Origin: Antedon mediterranea | Lineage: Eukaryota; Animalia; Echinodermata | DNA: 64,000 bases | Assembly: GCF_964355755.1 (NCBI RefSeq) | Contig: NC_092673.1 | Location: 16,154,948 to 16,218,947 of the forward strand | Reading direction: 5' to 3' | Shown here: positions 52,601-64,000 of the stretch, piece after piece | Layout of the letters: each line of letters begins with the position of its first letter | Numbering within the stretch: position 1 is the stretch's first letter | Program-made: the position numbers and the translations under genes | Notes under the pieces: generated by a model | What the model saw: only the letters and a program-made list of their open reading frames with translations | Database searches by the model: none | What the model was told of the DNA's origin: nothing

Positions 52601-55600
52601 TGGAGGTTTAACCTGTATGTACTGATTAACAACATTAGGCTAAAAATAATAATATAAATACACACTGATGATGGAGGTTTAACCTGCATGTACTGATTAT
52701 CCATATTAGGCTAAAAATAATAATATAAATACACACTGATGATGGAGGTATAACCTGCATGTACTGATTAACCACATTAGGCTAAAAATAATAATATAAA
52801 TACACACTGATGATGGAGGTTTAACCTGCATGTACTGATTATCCATATTAGGCTAAAAATAATAATATAAATACACACTGATGATGGAGGTATAACCTGC
52901 ATGTACTGATTAACCACATTAGGCTAAAAATAATAATATAAATACACACTGATGATGGAGGTATAACCTGCATGCATTGATTAACAACATTAGGCTAAAA
53001 ATAATAATATAAATACTGTACACACTGATGATGGAGGTATAACCTGCATGTACTGATTAACCACATTAGGCTAAAAATAATAATATAAATACACACTGAT
53101 GATGGGGGTATAACCTGCATGTACTGATTAACCACATTAGGCTAAAAATAATAATATAAATACACACTGATGATGGAGGTTTAACCTGCATGTACTGATT
53201 ATCCATATTAGGCTAAAAATAATAATATAAATACACACTGATGATGGAGGTATAACCTGCATGTACTGATTAACCACATTAGGCTAAAAATAATAATATA
53301 AATACACACTGATGATGGAGGTATAACCTGCATGCACTGATTAACAACATTAGGCTAAAAATAATAATATAAATACACACTGATGATGGAGGTATAACCT
53401 GCATGTACTGATTAACCACATTAGGCTAAAAATAATAATATAAATACACACTGATGATGGGGGTATAACCTGCATGTACTGATTAACCACATTAGGCTAA
53501 AAATAATAATATAAATACACACTGATGATAGAGGTATAACCTGCATGCACTGATTAACCACATTAGGCTAAAAATAATAATATAAATACACACTGATGAT
53601 GGAGGTATAACCTGCATGTACTGATTAACCACATTAGGCTAAAAATAATAATATAAATACACACTGATGATGGGGTATAACCTGCATGTACTGATTAACC
53701 ACATTAGGCTAAAAATAATAATATAAATACACACTGATGATGGAGGTATAACCTGCATGCACTGATTAACAACATTAGGCTAAAAATAATAATATAAATA
53801 CTGTACACACTGATGATGGAGGTATAACCTGCATGTACTGATTAACCACATTAGGCTAAAAATAATAATATAAATACACACTGATGATGGGGGTATAACC
53901 TGCATGTACTGATTAACCACATTAGGCTAAAAATAATAATATAAATACACACTGATGATGGAGGTTTAACCTGCATGTACTGATTATCCATATTAGGCTA
54001 AAAATAATAATATAAATACACACTGATGATGGAGGTATAACCTGCATGTACTGATTAACCACATTAGGCTAAAAATAATAATATAAATACACACTGATGA
54101 TGGAGGTATAACCTGCATGCACTGATTAACAACATTAGGCTAAAAATAATAATATAAATACACACTGATGATGGAGGTATAACCTGCATGTACTGATTAA
54201 CCACATTAGGCTAAAAATAATAATATAAATACACACTGATGATGGGGGTATAACCTGCATGTACTGATTAACCACATTAGGCTAAAAATAATAATATAAA
54301 TACACACTGATGATAGAGGTATAACCTGCATGCACTGATTAACCACATTAGGCTAAAAATAATAATATAAATACACACTGATGATGGAGGTATAACCTGC
54401 ATGTACTGATTAACCACATTAGGCTAAAAATAATAATATAAATACACACTGATGATGGGGTATAACCTGCATGTACTGATTAACCACATTAGGCTAAAAA
54501 TAATAATATAAATACACACTGATGATGGAGGTAATTATAACCTGCATGCACGGATTAACCACATTAGGCTAGAAAAAATAATATAAATACACACTGATGA
54601 TGGGGGTATAACCTGCATGTACTGATTAACCACATTAGGCTAAAAATAATAATATAAATAAATCAAAGCTTAGCAGAATCTAAATGAAGCATAAAAGACA
54701 TGATTTTGTGAAAAATGTTACAATTAGAGAAAAAGTAAAGACTTGATTACAACAAACCAAATAAAAAACTAAATAGTTAATATCATTTATGAACTGATTT
54801 AAAGTGTACAGTTACCTGTCAAATATTACATATATCTTTAATTTTCTCAATGAAAAATCTTCATAATGGTAACCTACAATAATAATAATAATATCCTGGA
54901 TTTATATAGCGCCTAATGTTGTGAAACCTCTAAGCGCTGAACATTATTACCCCAGTCATTTTCCTGATCAAACACCTATGGAAACATACTCCCATAATGC
55001 AGCTAGTAATAAGCGCAAAGTTGTGTCTTGATCTAACCGGGTTCCCAATTATACACCTGGGTGGAGAGAGGCAAACGTAAGTAAAGTATCTTGCCTAAGG
55101 ATACAAGCAATGCGGCGGGAGTTGGATTCGAAACTCGATCTCACGATCAGCAGTCCAACGTCCTTACAATGTTGTTAACATTTTTATGACCTTAAAACAA
55201 ATATAAATTGCTCATTATTACTGTATGTACTTTAAGATAACGATTGACAATGGTCTAATTAATTGTAAATACGAAATAAAATGGGACATGCTACAGTGAC
55301 TATTAATAAAATAACAAATTAAAAAATGTTAAAAATAGAATCTGATTTCAATAAAAAAGGATTATTAATTGTTAATAACCTGCTCCCGCCCTTTACTTAC
55401 TTTACAATAAAAAACAAACATTTTGCACAAAAGGAAGAGAAATGTAAATAATGTTCAGTTTAGTAAAAATGTTTGAGCAATGCAATTTCAAAAAGAAATT
55501 TAATATGAAATTATTCTTTTCAAACAGTGCCATATCTTATCTTATGACTTTTTGGAAAAAATAATTCAATTAAATCAATTTTAAGGCTTCATGATATGAT

Positions 55601-56250
55601 ATGATTTTCATCGAGTCATGATATGATATGATCTTCATCGAGGCAAATGATAAATTTGTTTTGATCGTCAATATAGTACACTGGTTTTCATTAGGTGTTA
55701 AAAATTAGTACTGAAAGTATTTACCATCGTTCTCTACCATTGGGTAAAAATTCTAAAAGTTGAACTTAATTTACAGAAATGTCCCATTACGTAAATTTAT
55801 TTATAAATTCATTAAACTGCTTATTGGCCTCATATTTTTAATATCTGAACATTTGTTTGTACAATTTTATGAAATATTTATTTTATAACATTCAAATTTT
55901 GTGATTGACATTGTACAGTAATTAGATTTTGATGATTACTTACATTAAGTAATAGGCTAACAATCACTAGATCTGATCCATGGTAATATATTATATTTTG
56001 TTTTCATTTATCAATAATGATAATTAGGATTTTATCACATTATTTAGCAGTAATTGTTGTTGTTTGTATTAACAAAAAAAAAAACAATTTTACATAATGT
56101 CTGTTGTCAGTATTTATAAACTTCATGATTACGATTCCTTTCCAGAATGGGAACACGCCATTACATGAGTGTCTGTGGCTTGGAGACCCTACCTTAGAAA
56201 TAGTGACGTGTCTCATTCAGCATGGGGCGCCAGTAGCATTGCAAAATAAG
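49671..56250 (+). CDS. Gene C (3' end outside window): N-terminus of an ankyrin-repeat protein. Coding exons 49671-49678 (exon starts 49593), 50073-50166, 56146-56250
   Basis: Spliced translation MERKHLVEALLRNDLKTIKQICKTQPGLLKSINE NGNTPLHECLWLGDPTLEIVTCLIQHGAPVALQNK has the ankyrin consensus GxTPLH..EIV..LI.HGA..QNK. Splice sites are canonical and an in-frame TGA lies upstream of the ATG. Confidence 0.8.
50275..51179. mobile_element. PIF/Harbinger-like MITE (~900 bp)
   Basis: TIRs GGGTCTGTTTCTGCTGA / TCAGCAGAAACAGGCCC; TTA TSD; repeated subterminal TAATCGRTT motifs. Confidence 0.82.
51271..52578 (+). mobile_element. Non-autonomous Helitron
   Basis: 5' TC, 3' GC-rich hairpin CTAGATGGTACGCGAGCGAAGCGAGCGTACCATCTAG ending in CTAG. 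Inserted between A and T with no TSD; removing it restores a 71-bp satellite monomer (AAAAATAA|TAATATAAATAC). Confidence 0.9.
52579..54660. repeat. Intronic tandem array, 71-bp unit, ~29 copies (plus one interrupted monomer at 51212-51270)
   Basis: Unit ACACACTGATGATGGAGGTATAACCTGCATGTACTGATTAACCACATTAGGCTAAAAATAATAATATAAAT. Confidence 0.97.
54878..55165 (-). mobile_element. tRNA-derived SINE
   Basis: Minus strand shows a tRNA-like head with box-B-like GTTTCGAATCC, a central TGTATCCTTAGGCAAGATACTT..CTCTCTCCACCCAGGTGTATAA segment, and a GCGCTATATAAAT..(TAT)n tail. Confidence 0.78.
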
Positions 56251-57278
56251 GTAAATGTATAGGGATTTGCTTGTGTAATAGGCTAACATTATATAGATCT
56301 ACTGAAGTAAACCATTTAATGAGAGAAAAAAGTAAGCACATTAACAAAAATCAAATTTGATTAAAACAAACCAAATAAAAAAATAACTAAATAGTTATAT
56401 ATGATTTATGATAACTGATTTAAAGTGTACAGTTACCTATCATATAACATAAATCTTTAATTCTCTTAATGAACAAAAAAATCAATTTTTTTTATATATT
56501 CAGTTATTAATTAACAATTATTGACAATGGTCTAATTAATTGTAAATATGAAATAAAATGCGACAACTACTAAACAACTAAAAATGTTTATGTTAAAAAA
56601 ATTAATAGAATCTGATTTTAATAAAAAATAATTATTAATTAATAACCTACTCCCTCCCTTACCTTACAAAAAATGCTTCTTTCAGTCTATCCAGCTAATT
56701 ATAAACATGGCCTTAAACTACATCTGGAGATCCTTTTCCAACCTAGGATATTTTTGTGCAAACATTTTGCCACAAAAGGAAGAGAAATGTAAATAATATT
56801 TAGCCTTTAGTTAGTGGTTTCCAAAATTTAAAATGTTTGAGCAATGCAATTTAAAAAAGAAAGCTAATATGAAATTATTCTTTTCAAACTGAATGCTTTA
56901 AAGTTGTATTGTCCCCCAAAACTTGAAAAATAAAGATGAAAAAAATCAAATTTTGAATAGACCATTTTATAGTTATACTAAAGTTACTCACTTTCGCCCA
57001 AAAAAATCCGGGGAAAAAAATGATTTTGCTTACCAAAAAACCGATTTAAAATCATCATTTTTTTCGAACTCGGAGCGCTGATATTTCAAAATACTGTCGT
57101 TTAATCATCAACTAATGAATATGCACGATATGCTAATGACCACATACTTTTTGAGCGACGGCCGCCGGTAATCGAAAAAAAGTTTAGTGTCGCGATTATC
57201 GGAAAACTTGTGCGCTTAGAGTGTGAAAGATTGTTTTTGCATCCGATTGTCGAAAAGATAAAAAGCCTGAAAATCTAA

Positions 57279-59152
57279 ATGGATTTATCGGTAGGTAGAA
57301 TTGTTTACATTAGTTATACGCACTTTAGATACTACTCCTATGCCTAGATGAATAGTAAAGATGACCCCAATGGATCAAGAACAACACCTCTTCAGAAGTC
57401 AACAGAATGGCTGGTCCGTCCCGTCCCGGGAGGAGAGCAATGACGATAGGCTCTCATCTCAATTAGGCCTATCTACTCTTTCTACTAGGTAGAGGCCTAC
57501 CAATAAGGAGGAAAATAATATACAGTATTTTGATATCAAACCATAATCAATAGAAATTGACTGTGATTAAACCAAAAGTAATCATGTCACACTGTATCCG
57601 TTTTTTTTATTCTCCATTCTGTTTCGCCCATCCATAATATCCTACTAGGCTACTCTAGAGTAGGCCCTAGTCCTAGGTTTATATGTCTATGCTAGAGTCC
57701 TGATAACTAGGAAACCTGCCTATGCTAAATAAGTACTAGACACTAGGCCTAAATGAAAGGTATACTTTGCTAGGATTAACTGTACAAATATTATGTTTGC
57801 AGCATATATAATTTTATAAATACAGTAATATTATTTTAATACATACTGTAACTTGTGTTGTTGCCTAGTGCATATATTTATTTTTTGTGTGTTGTACCTA
57901 ATATAATTTGTAGTTATTTTCAAGTACATCATCTGAACCGTCAAATCCAGAAGTAGGTTTAAGACAAAGGCAACGAGGAAGGGGAAGAGGACGAGGTAAA
58001 GGAAGAGGAAGGAGAGGGAGAGGAAAGAAAGATGGAACCCATATTGCTCTACAACAGAGAGAAGAAAACATTTCTGTAAGAATTTTTTATTTTGTGGATA
58101 TATGTCTAGAATGGAGATTTAAGAACGTGACAACATGGCATGAAAGTTTATGATTATATTATGTATCATGGAAAACCAAAACATAGGAAAGTTATTGGAT
58201 ACCAGCATCCCAAATAAAAAGCTTTAAAAATGAAAAAATTGGTTTTGTAAATTACTATATTTATATGCAGCCTGTATTTAATTTGCAGTCAAAAATAGAT
58301 GCACTTAACGAGAATGAAGTCCGGAATCTTTTAAAAGAGGCAGCAAAAAAAAATCTTGGCTTGATTCTAAGTATTTTGGATAGGCAACAGCTGCCTGAAA
58401 GAGGGCATCACCCAGATGCTGATGGAGCTGCACCAGACTGGTGTGTGTGCCACGCCTGCCGTGAGATGCCGACACAGGTAGAGCGAATGTGTTGTGGGTA
58501 TAATCCCGATAATTGCACATCCCTACTTCCAGTAAGTACAATATTTTAAATTTTTTTAAAGAAAAATTGCTTTACATTGATATTAATTTTTATTCAAGTA
58601 TTTATTTGATTTAATATTTGGTATTTTGATATGAAACCATAATCAATAGAAATTGACTGTGATCAAACCAAAAGTAATTATGTCACACATTGCTTTACAT
58701 AACATTGATATTAATTATTCAAGTATTTATTTGATTTGATATTTCTAGTTTTAGCAACTACATAAAAAAAAAAAAAATATGACCAACCCCCTTATTTTAA
58801 CAATTAATCCCCCATTTGTATCACTTTGCAACATATTTAATACACATAAATATAGTAAAGACATTTTTAACATTTAACAACATTTTTTTAGGACTTTGAA
58901 CTGCTTGTTCTGAATGAGGCAGTGTTAGACATTGCGCGGGCATACCGGCAAGATGTTTTAGTCGCCCCATTAGACAACAACTGGAGCAGAGGCCATAGGC
59001 ATACTGCCTACAGACAGTATATTTTGTGGCAGCATGGCAGACTTGGCATAGGAATTCGCAGGACTATTCCAAGTTGCTGCGTTTGGAAAATACGAGACCG
59101 CTATCCTGATGAATTCGGCCAATACGTTGGGTTCCAACCAGCTCGTATATAA
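57279..59152 (+). CDS. KolX / P2X7 intracellular ballast-like Cys-rich Zn-binding protein (~225 aa). Exons 57279-57290 (tentative), 57914-58075, 58289-58531, 58892-59152
   Basis: All phase-0 exons with canonical splice sites; RG-rich N-terminus; [20 protein letters not shown] and [43 protein letters not shown]. Confidence 0.88.
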
Positions 59153-59377
59153 AATCATTGTACATTATTTATAAATAAAACAAAAATATTTTGCACTTAA
59201 AGTTCATATATGATGTAATGGGAAAAAAAAATATTACAGGAAATATTTTGAAATTGTAATACGAGTACATAATAAAAAATGAGGTAATTAATATATCTAT
59301 TATACTACTGTATAATATATTATACTACTGTATAATATATTATACTACTGTATATCAATCATGAATTTCTGGATTAT

Positions 59378-62300
59378 TTAAAATCGTGATAATTTGTCAT
59401 CAACTAATTGCTGTGTTGGTGGTGGCTGAACTTGAGCAATTGTTGGGCAAATTCTTCTAGGATCATTTACATCTAAATCCAATGCTGCCTTCAAACTGGT
59501 ATCGTCCATTAATCGCAGCTCAACAACCATTTCAAACAAGGTTTGGATGTACCCATACGTTTTCTCTTCTTTGACAGGTACCACTGTCCACCTTTTGCTT
59601 TTTTTGTTGAATAAACGTTGATACCTATAAAGAAAAGCAGAATATTGTGGGCCAAGTGAATTACAATTTCACATTGTTTAATTATCACTGTATATAACAA
59701 TGTATCCTTTATTGTGAGAATGTTAAATTGATCATGTTTATATGGAATTTAGAAAGCAGATCACATCCACAAATTGCTGGCAGTTGAAACAAATATTAAA
59801 TTAACTAGAAAGTATACCGTGTGGTCCCATCATTATTCTTTTTTATGGGTCTCTGGTGGTTTGATGTATAATCCAATGCTGCTATTAGATTTCTTGCCTT
59901 GTAAACTGGTGGGCTATAGGAAAAACGCTTAGCAGCATACATCAGAATGCACTGGTGGAAATTTTCCAATTCAGCTGTTCCTCTAAATATAAACAATACA
60001 TTGCTAATTATTACTAAATGCATAATTTATAGAACAATTTAACATTTATTGTTTACTGTAAAAAGAATAAAAAATCATATTTCAACACAGTAGGTTCTCA
60101 ATACAGTTTTTTTCTACATCCTACACAAAGTACTCACCGGAAATTGAGCCAGTATGGAATCTTGTTGAGGAACCTTTTGCTCAAAACAATGTTCCTCAAT
60201 GCATTATGTGCTGGATCGCTTTTTGCTAACCAGCCTTTATCTCTATCTGTTTCTAATGGGCCATGGCTGCAACAGGCCGTTCCACTATCACTGTACGACA
60301 ACATCCATTCATGTTCGTTGACGACATGGTGGATAATTCCACACCAAATACCCTTTTATTGTATAAACCACAAAGAGAAAATTATAATAAAAAAATTATA
60401 ATCACTGACACAGGAATTGCCAAGATTATTAACATATGATACATCCTGGTACAGTTAAATGCATTTCTGTTATTCATCATACATTAACCATAGGCATACT
60501 GTACTTACAATGAATTCATCATATGTGTTTGCAACCTCACATGTATGCCAGAAATGGTTCACGATGTCCTGGCTCCAACTTAGTAATGCTTTGCACTCTT
60601 TTTTCTGTCCTGCCTAGTAACATATATTCAGAAAATAAAGTTAAGAACATGAGTTTACAGCAAGAATCTTATGACTACATATTTTCTATGTACTTATTTG
60701 TATTATTTGAACTTAAGATTGCCCCTGGCATTAATCTGTCCAGCTGGAAATAATATAAAAAAATAATAAATACAGTATTCAAACTTACTGCAACCAACTT
60801 TTTTGCCAGATTTTTTGCAGCATGCTAGATATCATGAGAATGTTTTATCTCTGGATAATCTTTTTCTGATAAAAAAAAATACACAATAGCACATTTTATA
60901 TAATGGATACAATTCATGCAATTTTAAATACTGTGAATTATCAAGTATAATCGAAATTTAATGTCATAAATTTTACAGAAAAGAAATACATAATCATTAT
61001 TGCACCAATTTGCATATGTGCATCTGTAACACATTCAATCACCCTAACATTTTGTTCCTCAAGAAATTTTAGGCTGTCTTGAAATCCGACCTTTTCCATT
61101 GCTGTACTCTTACCACCGGTTTCACGCTTGTCCAGGGTTATAATTGACAGAATGCTTTTGTCTGCATTGTTCATCATGGTGTAGGTACAGAATTGTGCGG
61201 AATGGCCTGGGCTGTCCATTCTGCCGTCTCCTAAATATAAAGATTTAGTAAATTTATTACATTTCACGGTTTACAAATTAAACCATTTAACCCTCGATAT
61301 ATCAGAATTTAGTGTAAATTACAAAACCTACCAAGCAAAACAACCTCCTTTCCTTCATGACTTTTTAGAATCTCCTCCTGTGTTTTATCCCATAACTTGT
61401 TTATAGATGGAACCAGATAGCGTCTTTGTATTCTGTAAAATGTGTTACAATTTACTATGTGCAGTTTCATAAACTTGGCAAACAAAGCTATCTTTCCATA
61501 GTTGTTCCCAGAAGCCAATATAGCAGTTGATGTTAACAGGTCACCTCCATGAAGATGGTTCTTCAAAATTGGTTGGGAACACCACTTATTGTTTAGATGC
61601 CCATTAACACATATCTTTAAAATATAACAAGTATTAATTAGTAGATACAGTACTATAGTGTCTTTTATTAGAGATCACCACTAGAACAAGAAATTTAGCA
61701 GAAACTTTTTTTACTGTTCTTTGCTATTCAATCATGTACATGGTATGGCATAATATTGACATGTTTAATATTGTCAGAAGATTCTTTATCGGTTTCTTCT
61801 TCTTCCTCATCATCACTGTAAAATTCCTCCTCAAATTCCTCTTCAGAAAAAGTTGTTTCTTGTAGATCAAGAGCTGCTAATAAAGTACAATGAGACTTTA
61901 TTCAAACTTAATTGCTTTACATGAAATTAAGATTACTTATTTTATCAAATTACAATTAATTAATACACAATTTTAGTTTACTACCAATGTAGACTAGAAT
62001 TTAGTTTTAAGTTTTGACCACAGATTCTTTATGTAGAATAGTATGGTATATAAATTAACCATTTCCTTCGACTATAAAATAAAAATAAAAGCACACTATT
62101 GTCAAGTCACTGGCATTATGAACGGCAATAATTAATATGTAGTACAGCTTCAGTAATTGCATGTGAATAAAATTTAAACAGTAGTCTTAAAATATGCATT
62201 ACACAATGACAATGTTACATGTAAACTTACCACAGGAAGATATTAAAAGGAGGGTCGTAGTCTGGATCATCATCATCATCTGATTCACTTATGTCAATTT

Positions 62301-64000
62301 CAATAGTCATACTAGAAAAACAAGCATAACACAGTTTTAATTGCAATACAATTGTCTACCTAATTTGATATTGGTTGATGGATATTAAATGATTTGATTT
62401 CTATGGAATTTGAATTCAATGTTTATGTACTGTACAATCACCATAAACTGTTCACCATCAGTACAACATGCATTCTTTGTTATTGCAAAATATATTTACT
62501 TTGACTTTCCAGCATTGCTTTCATATTCTGCCTTTCTTTCAGTATCACTTTCACTAAAAATAAAAAAATATCATTTAAACCATTGAATATTCACCCTTTT
62601 CAATTGTAAAATATTGTTTAAATAAATAAATTACATTGTATAGTGCATCATTACAGATTTACTGTACAATCACTTGTCAGTGAACTTACAGAAGGAGTTA
62701 TTATTTACTAACAATTTACATTGAGTGCCTTTGAAGCCCACCATCACATACCATTCCAAGTATCACATCACATCTCCCAGGTCACAAGAAACATAGAAAA
62801 TGTAATGATTCTTAACAAATATAATATACCAATGCCATCTGATAATGTTACTGTTATTTCAGCAATTCAGTAAATTAAACATTGACTTACAATTCATTAG
62901 AAGATGAAAGTGCTGGTGCTGGTGAACTGGCTGAACCATGACTAGTAGTAGTGCTTAATTGATCTATTCCAGATATACCTGAAAGGCTGAAAGCAAACCA
63001 ACAATGTGTTGTAAACTGATTGAATTGTTGATTACCAATTCACAAGTAACAATTTATTACAATTGTTGTAATCATGGTTATTTTTGTATTATAGTATAAT
63101 TAACACAGGCCTAATGGCCAACTTAATTAAAAATCATATTTAGTTAGAACACATCATATTTTGCATTATTTATTTGATGTTACTTTTAAAATTGAAAATC
63201 ATAGAATCTTACTGAATTTCAGTCATGGAATCTGAACTATGATGTTGTGTCACCAATTTTGTTTCCACTGCCATCATTGGAGTGGATGTCATTGCTGTTG
63301 CAAACTGGGGAGATACTTGTTTTTTTCACTTGTTGCAAACTCCTACTAGGCCTAGCACCACTAGGCATAGTCCTAGCAGTACTAGTACTAGTAGTACTAC
63401 TACAAGGCCTACTAGTTGTAGAAGTCATTTCATTTAGAAGGCATTGTCATCGTTGACTGCTTTGTTTTCTCATACCTATAATAGTATTAATAATTTATGT
63501 ATAGACAGGCCTAGTAGTAGAATTTAGAATAAACATGCATGATGGCTAATAAATATAATGTGAAGGCTCCATGACTAGCTATAACGAGTAGGCCTAGGCC
63601 TACTAGTTAGGCCTATATAAAATAGGCCTAGCCTAGAGGCCTACCTATCTTATTTATATGCTAAATAATTTAATTTTTTTTAGAAGGGCTAGGCCCCTAG
63701 CCTACTTTACTAGAGTAGTATGCCTAGCCTAGGAGGAGGTAGGACGGACGGCCCTGCTGGGCCCACCACCACCCAGACAGTCAGAATACTCACATATCGA
63801 GTAAAAATGTTGCAACTTCAGTCTCGCTCTCAAGATTGTTTGAATCCTGAACTGCTGTCCATCTTACAAAAACTTCCGGACTTAGCAGTATTCTGCGATT
63901 ATTGATATTGGTATTTATTCTACTTTTCCGTCTCTTTTTTTCTGAATTTGTGCTTCTGACCCTTCTGACTCGCCATCATAAGAATGTTTTCTGTCCCCGC
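59378..64000 (-). pseudogene. Multi-exon DDE transposase (Kolobok-type) with in-frame stop; 5' part runs out of window
   Basis: Exons encode GDLLTSTAILASGNNYGKI, GDGRMDSPGHSAQFCTYT, STAMEK..VTDAH, HSHDI*HAAKNL (TAG at 60825-60827), NHFW, GTAELENFH..YAAKRFSYS..Y.AR, WTVVPVKEEKTY. Upstream acidic and Ser/Thr-rich exons at ~61780-64000 are less certain. Confidence 0.85.

Larger units (their letters stand above)
56902..64000. mobile_element. Kolobok-type DNA transposon within an intron of gene C; other end outside window
   Basis: TTAA|AGTTGTATTGTCCCCC candidate terminus close to where host intron duplication homology stops; convergent transposase and KolX/P2X7-ballast-like genes. Confidence 0.75.

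Noticed and set aside
52579-54660. CTGATGA in the 71-bp unit as a Penelope-type hammerhead or C/D snoRNA array
   Set aside because: No GAAA core or supporting stems; box motifs are not convincingly arranged.
55090-55165. tRNA gene
   Set aside because: Degenerate tRNA-like head continuous with a SINE body and tail; no full cloverleaf.
58265-59152. A genuine P2X7 receptor gene
   Set aside because: Only the ballast-like domain is present, with no TM or ectodomain exons, and it lies beside a transposase.

Overview
AT-rich, intron-rich, repeat-dense animal genomic DNA. An invertebrate such as an echinoderm is my inference; nothing here looks prokaryotic. Reading splice sites by hand recovers three + strand host genes that the ORF track mostly misses. 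(A) The 3' half of a ROCO-type gene: COR-like exons at 36-1962, then micro-exons, ending in a two-TM-helix exon at 23449-23690. (B) A small 8-exon paralog (31045-36395) sharing the last three exons' structure and encoding an acidic, tail-anchored protein. (C) The 5' end of an ankyrin-repeat gene (49671-56250), which has a copy of gene B's promoter/first exon 10 kb upstream. Introns hold nested mobile elements: two PHD-APE-RT LINEs with signal-like leaders and non-canonical 2A-like motifs, an RTE LINE inside an Academ-like foldback, Harbinger- and MULE-like non-autonomous elements, a Helitron inserted in a satellite monomer, a tRNA-derived SINE and probable P-element excision footprints. From 56902 onward lies a Kolobok-type transposon: a stop-disrupted DDE transposase converging on an intact gene resembling the P2X7 ballast domain. 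Several young tandem arrays occur; for two of them the single-copy ancestral sequence is still visible in the paralogous duplicated segment. All calls come from manual reading, with no searches run.
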